Source: Lachnospiraceae bacterium (GTDB lineage: Bacteria; Bacillota; Clostridia; Lachnospirales; Lachnospiraceae). From it: a stretch of 62,675 bases of DNA. The notes under the pieces are model-generated. The model worked only from the letters and a program-made list of their open reading frames with translations, was not told the DNA's origin and ran no database searches. The stretch spans positions 1 to 62,675 of the forward strand of contig JAILDZ010000064.1 of assembly GCA_024688505.1 (NCBI GenBank), written 5' to 3'. Shown here one piece after another: positions 30,176 through 39,294 of the stretch. Positions within the stretch are counted from its first letter, which is position 1; each line of letters begins with the position of its first letter. The position numbers and the translations under genes were made by a program.

Positions 30176-32223
30176 ATTCTGTCACCTCCCCTGCTGACCC
30201 GTATTTTCGGAAGGAGGCGAGCCATCACCCGCTCGAATTCATTTGTATTTATAGGCTTACCCACAAATCCGTCAAAGCCCTCTCTCATAAACATCTCCTT
30301 GGCACCTGATACCACATTTGCGGTCAGCGCGATAAATACCGCGTTCTGATCGGTGGCCATACGCCTGGCTCTGATCATCTTCATGGTCTCCACGCCGTCC
30401 ATTTCCGGCATCATATGATCCATAAAGATCACATCATATTTTTCCGCCATGCATTTTTCTATGGCCTGTTTGCCGCTGTTTGCAGTATCGGTTATGATTC
30501 CATAGTCCTTAAATAGGCCTGTGGCCACCACAAGGTTCATGGGCTCATCATCCACCACCAGGGCCTTAATACCATTAAGATCCGGCCTTTCAAATCTTTC
30601 GGTCAGTTCCAGACCACTTGCATTCTTTCCTTCATTAAGGATCTTAATGATGGGATAGGCATACAGTGGTTTTGGCATAACTATCACCCTGCTGTCTCTG
30701 TCCACTTTAAAGTTGTCTGATGCTGATATGGCAATGACCACATCACCTTTGCTCAGTTCATCAAAGAATCCGGCGTTATCCTCATACTCTTCTTCACCCA
30801 TGAAAATGTATTTCACATTAAGCTTTTCCATAAGCCTTTTCACTTCCGATAAGTTTTCTGCCGGATACAGCGGTACCCTCACTCCCGAAGCCAGGTTTGT
30901 AGCCATCAAACGATGAAAATCTCTGAGTTTAGGCACCTTGTATTTATCGGATTTCACATGGAAAAGAATGTCCCCTTCGTATGTGTCATCCAGCTTCAGA
31001 CAAGGTGTGGAATCCACCACCTGCTGAGGGATGGTAACTTTAACCACGGTTCCCTGCCCCTTGCTGCTCTCCAGCTTCACGAAACCGCCCATACTATGCA
31101 CAAAGCCGTATACGATAGTGAGTCCCAGCCCCACTCCTCCGGAGCTTCTGTTTCTCTTTTTATTTGCCTGGTACAGGCCTCTGGAAGCCATATATATATC
31201 CTTACGTCCCATACCCCTGCCGGTATCAGTCACCTCGATACACAGGTTCACTCCGTAGTTCTTGTTTTCCGTGTACAGCCTTATCAGGATGCCACCGTTT
31301 TTCGTGAACTTTATAGCGTTTGAAACAAGGTGTCTGAAGATCTTGTGAAGCTTTTTGATGTCTCCCCTCATGATCATTGGCACATCCACTGCTATATCCA
31401 CCACCAGTTCCAGGTCATCATTGTCATGATTCAGCCTGAAGCTGGTGACCACATCATTGATAAGCGATGTGCTCACATAATCTTCTTCCTCCAGGAACAC
31501 ATCATTTCGCCTCACCTCTGTGTAGTCCTGAATGTCATCTATCTGCCCCGTTAGTCGAAGTCCGGCTTCCTTGATGGCGTAGGCCTCCGAATACTGGCCC
31601 TTCTTTATCAGGAGGTCCGACATACCGTTTACCACATTGACGGGTGTTCTTAGCTCATGGGATATATTTGAAAGAAAGTCGTCCATATCGCTGATATTGG
31701 CTTCCAGAAGTCTGTCCTTTTCAGCCTCTGACTCTTTTGATGCTTTTCTAATCTGTATGATCTTAATACTGGAAAGATACGCAAAAAACATTATGACCAC
31801 ATGTAGGATGACTCTGGACGTTGTGAGCCGGTCGGATAAAAGATTATCATCCTTATGTATGTAAAAAAGCTGGATCATTAATATAGCAAAGTATTCCAGC
31901 ACAAAAATATTCATCATGTATATATGATCAAGGAAAGAAAATGAAAAAAGCGCAAGAGAGACAATCGCTATAGAGTCAAAGAAGCTTGTTCCATGCATGC
32001 CGTGGAAAAGAATGGAGAATACGGCAAATACAAAATAATAGATCTCCCGCATGTTTTCATCCGGGTATCCGGCAATATGCATCATCCATAAAAGAGCTGT
32101 TCCGATGACTATGATGGGAGGCACCCAGAATTCCCAGTTTAATAGCAGACTCTCAAAAGTGAGTCCTATACATGACAGGCTTAAGAGAGTTATCAAAAAC
32201 TGATGTATTTTTGAACGTTCCAT
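30172..32223 (-). CDS. Hybrid histidine kinase (TM-HisKA-HATPase-REC)
   Basis: SHELRTP, NAIKFT, DTGRG, GVGLGL, VVDDEPMN/MDHMMP. Confidence 0.9.
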   Translation of the reverse strand: MERSKIHQFLITLLSLSCIGLTFESLLLNWEFWVPPIIVIGTALLWMMHIAGYPDENMREIYYFVFAVFSILFHGMHGTSFFDSIAIVSLALFSFSFLDHIYMMNIFVLEYFAILMIQLFYIHKDDNLLSDRLTTSRVILHVVIMFFAYLSSIKIIQIRKASKESEAEKDRLLEANISDMDDFLSNISHELRTPVNVVNGMSDLLIKKGQYSEAYAIKEAGLRLTGQIDDIQDYTEVRRNDVFLEEEDYVSTSLINDVVTSFRLNHDNDDLELVVDIAVDVPMIMRGDIKKLHKIFRHLVSNAIKFTKNGGILIRLYTENKNYGVNLCIEVTDTGRGMGRKDIYMASRGLYQANKKRNRSSGGVGLGLTIVYGFVHSMGGFVKLESSKGQGTVVKVTIPQQVVDSTPCLKLDDTYEGDILFHVKSDKYKVPKLRDFHRLMATNLASGVRVPLYPAENLSEVKRLMEKLNVKYIFMGEEEYEDNAGFFDELSKGDVVIAISASDNFKVDRDSRVIVMPKPLYAYPIIKILNEGKNASGLELTERFERPDLNGIKALVVDDEPMNLVVATGLFKDYGIITDTANSGKQAIEKCMAEKYDVIFMDHMMPEMDGVETMKMIRARRMATDQNAVFIALTANVVSGAKEMFMREGFDGFVGKPINTNEFERVMARLLPKIRVSRGGDRI

Positions 32224-32232
32224 CTTAACTCC

Positions 32233-33027
32233 TTATGACAGTTTTTTGCTCAGATATCCCAGCAGATCTCCTCTGGTAGCAGACTTTAAGATATATCCGT
32301 CAGGCTTTAGTTCCATAACTCTCTGCACTTCGTCCTTAGTGGATACTCCTGTCAGAAACACTACAGGTATATTCTGTGTGGCTTCTTCCTGACGGAGCAT
32401 CTGGAACACCTGCGGTCCGTCTACCACCGGCATCTCATAATCCAGAAGTATTATATCCACCGGATTCTTAAGCAGAAAGGTGATAGCCTTCATACCTGCA
32501 GTGACTATATCGGTTTTATAGATATCTTTGATCCATGAGCGCACCATGCCCGCATATGAAGGATCGTCATCAACTATCAGCACGCGTTTCTTTTCTCCTG
32601 AAGGGAGCTGTTCATTCACTTTGGTGGCAGCCTTTTCGGGATGCTCTATCATGGCTTTCACGTCCTTGCAGAAAGTCTCTGTGTCAATGGGTCTGTAGAA
32701 CCATCTGTGTCCTTTAAGATCGGGAAAAGCCCCCACCACATCAGATTCATTTTTCTCTTCGCCTATTATGACTGCAGGACACCCAGTATCTTTTAAGTAT
32801 CCGCTTATCTCCTTTAAGACTCTCTGTTTTGAAGAATCCGACATGATATCTTCCGGAAGGTATAGAATGAAAAGAGACGTATTGTCCGATAATTCCAGGA
32901 TGTTCTTATACCTGTCAGTAACAGAGCGTGTCTGTATTCCCTCATTCTGAAGATTCTTTTCCAGCCCGCTCGCCACAATACTGTATTTTTGAACTATAAA
33001 AACAACACTTTTTTCTAACTCTGACAC
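32233..33027 (-). CDS. Response regulator: degenerate receiver-like N-terminal domain + REC, no DNA-binding domain
   Basis: C-terminal IVDDD, LLDYEMP, FLTG, YILK; N-terminal half receiver-like without the acidic pocket (inferred). Confidence 0.8.
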   Translation of the reverse strand: MSELEKSVVFIVQKYSIVASGLEKNLQNEGIQTRSVTDRYKNILELSDNTSLFILYLPEDIMSDSSKQRVLKEISGYLKDTGCPAVIIGEEKNESDVVGAFPDLKGHRWFYRPIDTETFCKDVKAMIEHPEKAATKVNEQLPSGEKKRVLIVDDDPSYAGMVRSWIKDIYKTDIVTAGMKAITFLLKNPVDIILLDYEMPVVDGPQVFQMLRQEEATQNIPVVFLTGVSTKDEVQRVMELKPDGYILKSATRGDLLGYLSKKLS

Positions 33028-33044
33028 TTTGCGTTCCTCCTAAA

Positions 33045-34370
33045 TCAGCTTTCATCCACAGCGAATTCTACTTCGCTCCATCTGCTTTCCGGGAATTCAT
33101 TCCATTCTTTTAATATACGTTCAACCGCTTTATCGGCATTGGGTTCTTCCATCATGGAAAAGACCACAAGATACTGATTTGTTTTATTCTTTAATATTAT
33201 GTCACTCCTTCTGAGTGTCCTTTTAAGGAGACTGCCGAAGGCATTCACTATTTCTTCTGTCGTGATCTCACTATCCGGCTTTGCAGAAAGCAAAAAAAGG
33301 ACTTTTGCGGCCTTGCCGTCATAGCGCCTGTTGAATCGGATTATAAAATGATATACGGCGGAAAAAGTCTCCATTCCGAGGACCAGAGCCTCTTTCCCCT
33401 CGTTTCTTTCTTCCAGGACTTTAGAAAGTCTTTTTAGCTCCGCAGCCGGTGTGATCTCTTCATCAATGTTTTCCTCAGCCACGGTATACACACAGCAACG
33501 ATGCTTGCCGTTAGCCTTTGCCTCATAAAGAGCATCATCTGCATGTTTAAAGAGTTCTTCGTATTCTCTGCCATATTTCGGAACCATTACGGCACCTGTA
33601 GAAATGCCAAGGGGAATACCATGGTTTTCCCCCATAAGTTCACATGCTGCCGCGCTGAGCTGATCGTTAAGACGTGCTGTGAGAATGGATACAGCTGATT
33701 CCTCCTCCATATTTGAGAAGAATGCTAAAAACTCATCTCCTCCGACGCGGCTTACCACGTCATCATTACGGGTGTTCCTTCGCATAATATCTGCAAATGC
33801 GGCTAGTACCCGATCTCCCATATCATGACCGAAAAGATCGTTTACCAGTTTAAAACTGTCCAGATCCAGGATGATAAGAGCCCCGTTCATGTTTTCACAA
33901 AGCTCACTTATCTTTTCTATCCCGCTTGCTTTATTAAGAAGCCCGGTTAGTTTGTCAATGGTGGCATTTTCGGTGAGAGTCTCTATCTTTCTGCTGTTTT
34001 TTATGGCGTTTTTAATACGTCTGACGAGAAGGTCCTTATTAAAGGGCTTATGGATGTAATCCGAGGCACCCAGCTTAAGACCCAGATGCTCCATTCGCTC
34101 ATCCAGATCACCTGTCAGAAAGATCACGGGTGTTTCCAGCTTTCCTTCTTCTTTTTCCTGCTCACGCAACGCTTTTAGGGTCTCAATGCCATCCATCTCA
34201 GGCATCATCACATCGAGGAGAATGAGATCGGGATCATTCTTTTTCATGAATTTCAGAAGATCCCTGCCTGAGCGTAAACAGCTTACCTTCATATCCTCAG
34301 ACCCAAGCAGTGTCTTTGCGCTGGTAAGGCTTATTGCTTCATCGTCTACTACTACTATCCAGTTACCCAA
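33045..34370 (-). CDS. Response-regulator diguanylate cyclase (REC-GGDEF plus degenerate C-terminal domain)
   Basis: VVDDE/LLDVMMP REC; DKLTGLLN, DLDSFKLVND, RNDD I-site, GGDEF; TTG start. Confidence 0.9.
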   Translation of the reverse strand: MGNWIVVVDDEAISLTSAKTLLGSEDMKVSCLRSGRDLLKFMKKNDPDLILLDVMMPEMDGIETLKALREQEKEEGKLETPVIFLTGDLDERMEHLGLKLGASDYIHKPFNKDLLVRRIKNAIKNSRKIETLTENATIDKLTGLLNKASGIEKISELCENMNGALIILDLDSFKLVNDLFGHDMGDRVLAAFADIMRRNTRNDDVVSRVGGDEFLAFFSNMEEESAVSILTARLNDQLSAAACELMGENHGIPLGISTGAVMVPKYGREYEELFKHADDALYEAKANGKHRCCVYTVAEENIDEEITPAAELKRLSKVLEERNEGKEALVLGMETFSAVYHFIIRFNRRYDGKAAKVLFLLSAKPDSEITTEEIVNAFGSLLKRTLRRSDIILKNKTNQYLVVFSMMEEPNADKAVERILKEWNEFPESRWSEVEFAVDES

Positions 34371-34417
34371 AAAACTCGGTCCTCATTTCCATAGCATACT
34401 ATATGTTTAATATTTAA

Positions 34418-34446
34418 ATGTTACCTTCATAGAACATGACTGTCAA
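34418..34446 (-). promoter_or_regulatory. Putative sigma-A promoter of the signalling operon
   Basis: Minus strand TTGACA-17-TAACAT. Confidence 0.55.
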
Positions 34447-34468
34447 GCATGCACCCGAATTAAGACAG

Positions 34469-34497
34469 AAAGGGACAGGCTCTGCGCCTGTCCCTTT
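34469..34497 (-). terminator. Intrinsic terminator after nfnB
   Basis: AAAGGGACAGGC-5 nt-GCCTGTCCCTTT perfect inverted repeat. Confidence 0.75.
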
Positions 34498-34522
34498 AAT
34501 ATGCCCTTTTTACTCTATATGA

Positions 34523-35905
34523 TCACTTCTTAAAGAACTCGTCTATACCTTTTGCTGCCGTTTTTCCTGCACCCATGGCAAGGATCACGGTAGCGGCCCC
34601 GGTCACGGCATCACCACCGGCAAATACAGCCTTCTTTGAAGTCTCTCCGTTTTCATCTTTAGCGATGATACATCCTCTTCTGTTCACATCCAGGCCTTCT
34701 GTGGTGGATGAGATCAGAGGATTCGGAGAAGTTCCGAGACTCATGATGACTGCGTCACACTCTATCTCGTACTCGGATCCCGGGATCTCCACAGGGCTGC
34801 GGCGTCCGGACTCATCCGGCTCTCCCAGTTCCATCTTGATTATCTTAATACCCTTTACCCAGCCTTCATCGTTTGCAAGGATCTCCACAGGATTCTGAAG
34901 CAGATCAAAGATGATGCCCTCTTCCTTGGCATGATGCACTTCTTCCACTCTGGCAGGAAGCTCAGCCTCGGAACGGCGATATACGATATGCACTTCCGCT
35001 CCCAGACGAAGGGCTGTACGTGCGGCATCCATAGCCACATTTCCGCCGCCTACTACCACCACCTTTTTACCGCGGTAGATAGGTGTATCATAATCCTTGA
35101 AGGACTTCATCAGATTATTTCTGGTAAGGAATTCATTTGCTGAGAAGACACCGTTTGCCTGCTCTCCGGGGATACCCATAAACTTCGGAAGACCGGCACC
35201 GGAACCGATAAACACAGCTTCAAAGCCTTCTTTCTCCATAAGCTCGTCTATGGTCACGGAGCGTCCGATGATCACGTCTGTTTCGATCTTCACGCCCAGG
35301 CTCTTTACGTTTTCCACCTCTTTTGCCACCACTTCATCCTTCGGAAGACGGAACTCGGGAATACCGTATACAAGCACACCGCCTGTCTTGTGAAGTGCTT
35401 CGAATATGGTCACATCATATCCGAGACGGGCCAGATCCCCCGCACAGGTGAGTCCGGCGGGACCAGAGCCTATCACAGCCACCTTATGACCGTTTGGTTT
35501 AGCATCAGTATGAGGCTTAATGCCGTTCTTTCTCGCCCAGTCAGCCACAAAACGCTCCAGCTTTCCGATGGCCACAGCCTCTCCCTTTATTCCTCGCACG
35601 CAAACGCCCTCACACTGGCTCTCCTGCGGGCACACACGTCCGCAGACTGCCGGAAGCGCTGATGATTCGCTGATGATCTCATAGGCTTTTTCAAAATTAC
35701 GATTCTTAACCTGCTCGATAAATGCAGGAATATTAATAGATACGGGACATCCGCCCACACATCTGGGGTTCTTGCAGTTCAGGCATCTTTCTGCCTCTGC
35801 CACTGCTTCTTCCTCTGTATATCCCAGGCACACCTCATCGAAGTTCTTTGCTCTGACGGAGGGCTCCTGCTCGCTGATCTTTACTCTCACATTCATATCT
35901 GCCAT
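34523..35905 (-). CDS. nfnB: NfnB / 'NADPH-dependent glutamate synthase small subunit'-like flavo-Fe-S protein
   Basis: RCLNC..CVGGCP, CGRVCPQESQCE, GSGPAG, GGGNVAMD, FAGGD; adjacent to an NfnA-like gene. Confidence 0.85.
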   Translation of the reverse strand: MADMNVRVKISEQEPSVRAKNFDEVCLGYTEEEAVAEAERCLNCKNPRCVGGCPVSINIPAFIEQVKNRNFEKAYEIISESSALPAVCGRVCPQESQCEGVCVRGIKGEAVAIGKLERFVADWARKNGIKPHTDAKPNGHKVAVIGSGPAGLTCAGDLARLGYDVTIFEALHKTGGVLVYGIPEFRLPKDEVVAKEVENVKSLGVKIETDVIIGRSVTIDELMEKEGFEAVFIGSGAGLPKFMGIPGEQANGVFSANEFLTRNNLMKSFKDYDTPIYRGKKVVVVGGGNVAMDAARTALRLGAEVHIVYRRSEAELPARVEEVHHAKEEGIIFDLLQNPVEILANDEGWVKGIKIIKMELGEPDESGRRSPVEIPGSEYEIECDAVIMSLGTSPNPLISSTTEGLDVNRRGCIIAKDENGETSKKAVFAGGDAVTGAATVILAMGAGKTAAKGIDEFFKK

Positions 35906-35918
35906 TTATCCGCACCTC

Positions 35919-36800
35919 CTAGTTGCAATTGCCGCAGCCGCCGTGATGGGTATCTCCCTCTTCAAGGCGAAGCTTTGCGCGTCCTTCTTCTGTCTTATAC
36001 TGGGTCTGTCTCTTCATTGCCAGGTCAAAATCCACCAGATGTCCGTCGAACTCCGGTCCGTCTACGCATGCGAACTTCACCTGATCTCCAACTATGAGTC
36101 TGCATGCACCGCACATTCCCGTGCCGTCTACCATAATGGGGTTCATTGAAACCACTGTATGGATGCCAAGTTCCTTTGTGAGCAGGCATACGAATTTCAT
36201 CATGATCATAGGGCCAATAGCCACACAATGATCGAAGGTCTTTCCTTCAGCATAGAGAGCTTTCAGCTGATCTGTACCCATACCGTGGAAACCGTAGGAT
36301 CCGTCATCTGTGGTCACATGGAGTTCTCCTGCCACTGCCTTCATTTTATCTTCGAAGAAAAGCAGGTCCTTATTTCTGGAGCCCATGATAACTGTAGCAT
36401 CCACTCCATGCTCATGAAGCCATTTTACCTGAGGATATACAGGTGCTGTTCCCACACCGCCTGCTATGAAGACTATCTTTTTCTTCTTTATTTCATCCAG
36501 GTCCTTCTCTATACATAGATCGGAGGGCTGTCCCAGTGGTCCCACGAAGTCCTGGAATCCGTCTCCCACTTTCAGATCTTTCATTCGCTCTGTGGAAGCA
36601 CCCACTGTCTGGAATACTATGGTGATGATGCTTCTTTCTCTGTCATAATCGCAAATGGTGAGAGGTATTCTTTCTCCCTCTTCATCGATCTTCACGATCA
36701 CAAATTGTCCCGGCAGACATGATGCTGCCACTCTCGGTGCCACTACATCCATAAGATAGATCTTATCTGCCAGCAGCTCCTTCCTCACGATCTCGTACAT
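35919..36800 (-). CDS. nfnA: NfnA / PyrK-like FAD/NAD-binding 2Fe-2S subunit
   Basis: PGQF, ERIPLTI, GPLG, GGVG, MVDGTGMCGACR, FACVDGPEF. Confidence 0.87.
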   Translation of the reverse strand: MYEIVRKELLADKIYLMDVVAPRVAASCLPGQFVIVKIDEEGERIPLTICDYDRERSIITIVFQTVGASTERMKDLKVGDGFQDFVGPLGQPSDLCIEKDLDEIKKKKIVFIAGGVGTAPVYPQVKWLHEHGVDATVIMGSRNKDLLFFEDKMKAVAGELHVTTDDGSYGFHGMGTDQLKALYAEGKTFDHCVAIGPMIMMKFVCLLTKELGIHTVVSMNPIMVDGTGMCGACRLIVGDQVKFACVDGPEFDGHLVDFDLAMKRQTQYKTEEGRAKLRLEEGDTHHGGCGNCN

Positions 36801-36833
36801 TGTTGTTCTCCTTATGTTGCTTGTTTATATTTA

Positions 36834-37047
36834 GCATCATTGACGTATTATCAGATGCTTTTGAACGTTGCGAATGTTCTTAGCGAGGGCATTTCCGAAA
36901 TGCCCCTCCGAGGACTGTTTGAGCATGCGCCATAAATCAACCTGCATATGAAACGCGAGTTCCGCAGGAGGGGCATGCTTTTTCGGAAATGGCCGAGGTT
37001 AGAACAAATTCGCTGTGAAAAAGTATCTGGTAATATGCCAAGGATGC
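36834..37047. repeat. 214-bp long imperfect palindrome (REP/MITE-like)
   Basis: Terminal arms GCATCATTGACGTATTATCAGATGCTTTT / AAAAGTATCTGGTAATATGCCAAGGATGC; inner arms ATGCCCCTCC / GGAGGGGCAT; CCGAGGA and TCCGCAGG motifs. Confidence 0.75.
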
Positions 37048-37062
37048 AGCGGTATCAGAAAC

Positions 37063-38022
37063 CTAGGCGAAGTAGACCAGTTCGTCCTCGGGCTTCTCGG
37101 CAGGAGTGATGCTTATAGGATAAAGCACCGGCCCCTTCCCTTTGTATTCCTTGGCAAATTCATTTTTGATCCTTGCCTTCAGATCGATCCAGCTCTTATG
37201 CATAAGGTTCCCGGAATCAGGATATTTTGCCTTCATGCCGAGAAACTGTATATCTTCCACGCAGCATGTCATGGCAAAACGCCCCGGCACGAATGTTCCT
37301 GGCTTAAGGATGCCTTTCCCTTCCGTGGGGTTATACACAAGTGCTCTGAATGAGACTATCTTACCATCATATTTCTTTGCGTTTTCCATGCAGTCCATAA
37401 ACCATAAAGCATAGTCTGCATCTGATATCTCTATCTCATCTTTTGTGATATCAAACGGCAACTCGTCTTCCTTATCATCTATGGTGCCGTCCGCTCGCTC
37501 ATATACAAGCTGTGCAGGACGATTAAAGGCCTTCACGGTGGCGCGGAATTTCGCTTTATTTGTCTTATCTGTACAGCGATTAAAGATGATGCAGTCTGAC
37601 TTAAACATATTTTCCTGCATCATGGCCCTCATATTCAGCATATACATTTCGAATGTGGTGGAATCCACCGTGGTCAACGTCTGAACCAGAGCCCATCCCA
37701 CAGGCCACTTGAAGTCATCAAACAGCTTACCGACTTCCCAGGTGCCGTTATATTCTATGAACACAGCATCCGGCATATGTTTTTCATTCAGCTTATCAAG
37801 AGTCTCTGTGGTGAAGTTCTCTTCTTCCTCGATAAACTCCACCTTAGCTCCTATAGATGATAGCTTTTCCGTATCGTATTCTTCGTCACCATCTTCACAG
37901 GCTATTATCAGGATAGAACTCATCTCATCCCCAAAGCCGTTTTCCAAAAGAGTTTCCTGAACCAGCGTAGTCTTACCGCTGTCCATGAATCCGGTGAAAA
38001 GATAAATAGGTATTTCCTGCAT
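37063..38022 (-). CDS. CobW-like P-loop GTPase with C-terminal TCC-motif (DUF1980-like) domain
   Basis: TGFMDSGKTT, IEYNG, FNR motifs; GRFAMTCCVED in the C-terminal half. Confidence 0.75.
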   Translation of the reverse strand: MQEIPIYLFTGFMDSGKTTLVQETLLENGFGDEMSSILIIACEDGDEEYDTEKLSSIGAKVEFIEEEENFTTETLDKLNEKHMPDAVFIEYNGTWEVGKLFDDFKWPVGWALVQTLTTVDSTTFEMYMLNMRAMMQENMFKSDCIIFNRCTDKTNKAKFRATVKAFNRPAQLVYERADGTIDDKEDELPFDITKDEIEISDADYALWFMDCMENAKKYDGKIVSFRALVYNPTEGKGILKPGTFVPGRFAMTCCVEDIQFLGMKAKYPDSGNLMHKSWIDLKARIKNEFAKEYKGKGPVLYPISITPAEKPEDELVYFA

Positions 38023-38037
38023 TTCTTCCCAGATCCT

Positions 38038-39222
38038 TTATGCTATTCCAAAGAGCTGATCCAGCTCATTTTCTTTAATATCCGTTCCGATCACTACCAG
38101 CTTTCCGGTCACATCGGGTTCTCCTGTACGGATCTCCCACTCTCCGTCCACCAGATCGTAATACATCCATGTGCCGTCAGTGCAGGGAACCATACCCTTT
38201 GCTCTAAGTACATGACCAAAGTCTTCTGTGTCTGCAAATGCCTTAAGCGCTGTTTCTATGGTAGCCCGTTCAAACACATGGGGGGTCTCACGGCCATAGC
38301 TTACAAATATATCATCTGCATGATGGTGATGATGATGCTCATGTCCTTCATGATCATGGTCATGATGGTGGCAGCAGTGCCCGTGTTCATGATCGCAGTG
38401 GCTGTGATCGTGCTCATCCTCGTCATGATCGTGGTCATGGTGATGATGGTGCTCATGGTCATGATCATGTTCATCATGATCGTGCTCGTCGTGATCGTGA
38501 TCATGGTCATGATGATGATGCTCGTGCTCGTGATCGTGATCATGATCATGGTGATGATGCTCGTGTTCATGAGCCTCTTCTTCCTTCTTATGCTCCTCTT
38601 CTGCCAGAAGTTTTAATTCCAGATTATCCCGTCCTTCCATGGCAGAAAGGATCTTGTCTCCGGATATGTCATTCCATGGTGTGGTGATAACTGTGGCCTT
38701 GGGATTCTTCTCCTTTATCATATTGGTAGAAAACTCCAGCTGCTCCTGTGTAGCCTTCTGGGTACGACTGAGTACCACGGTGGTAGCGAACTCTATCTGA
38801 TTATTAAAAAATTCACCGAAAGCTTTCATCTGCTTTTCAGCCTTAAGCACATTTACCACAGTAACCAGGGCATTCAGTTTCACATCATATTCTTTTTCCA
38901 TATCTATGACAGAAGTCATCACATCGGAAAGCTTTCCTACACCTGACGGCTCAATAAGGATCCTGTCGGGATGGTATGTATCCACCACCTCTCTAAGACT
39001 CTTTGCAAAGTCTCCCACCAGTGTACAGCAGATGCATCCGCTGTTCATTTCAGTGATCTGTATGCCGGAATCCTTTAAAAAACCGCCGTCTATACCCACT
39101 TCTCCATACTCATTTTCTATCAGTACGATCTGCTGTCCCTGAAACACTTCGGAGATCATCTTCTTTATAAGTGTGGTTTTTCCCGATCCCAGGAACCCTG
39201 AATAAATATCTATAAGTGTCAT
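38038..39222 (-). CDS. COG0523/CobW family metallochaperone GTPase with His-rich insert
   Basis: GFLGSGKTT, NEYGE, GCICC, EPSG, LRAKG; His/Asp/Glu tract. Confidence 0.92.
   Translation of the reverse strand: MTLIDIYSGFLGSGKTTLIKKMISEVFQGQQIVLIENEYGEVGIDGGFLKDSGIQITEMNSGCICCTLVGDFAKSLREVVDTYHPDRILIEPSGVGKLSDVMTSVIDMEKEYDVKLNALVTVVNVLKAEKQMKAFGEFFNNQIEFATTVVLSRTQKATQEQLEFSTNMIKEKNPKATVITTPWNDISGDKILSAMEGRDNLELKLLAEEEHKKEEEAHEHEHHHHDHDHDHEHEHHHHDHDHDHDEHDHDEHDHDHEHHHHHDHDHDEDEHDHSHCDHEHGHCCHHHDHDHEGHEHHHHHHADDIFVSYGRETPHVFERATIETALKAFADTEDFGHVLRAKGMVPCTDGTWMYYDLVDGEWEIRTGEPDVTGKLVVIGTDIKENELDQLFGIA
38320..38571 (-). repeat. Low-complexity His/Asp/Glu coding tract (84 codons)
   Basis: CAT/CAC/GAT/GAC/GAG arrays encoding HEHEHHHHDHDHDH... 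Confidence 0.9.
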
Positions 39223-39266
39223 AATATCAACCTTCTTTCTATATTGCCGTATTACGCATAAGATAT

Positions 39267-39294
39267 ATTTTATACAATCTTCTTTTCATGTCAA
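39267..39294 (-). promoter_or_regulatory. Putative promoter for the CobW pair
   Basis: Minus strand TTGACA-16-TAAAAT directly after the argS stop. Confidence 0.5.

Noticed and set aside
34523-35905. Glutamate synthase call
   Set aside because: No large subunit nearby; pairing with the PyrK-like gene matches the NfnAB transhydrogenase.
38212-38616. Met/Ile/Val-rich alternative ORFs (38212-38616 +, 38301-38570 -) and CRISPR-like periodicity
   Set aside because: These are frame shadows of the His/Asp codon tract; there is no repeat-spacer structure.
39245-39258. TGCCGTATTACGCA partial dyad as a Zur-like operator before the CobW gene
   Set aside because: Too short and imperfect to support without a position weight matrix.
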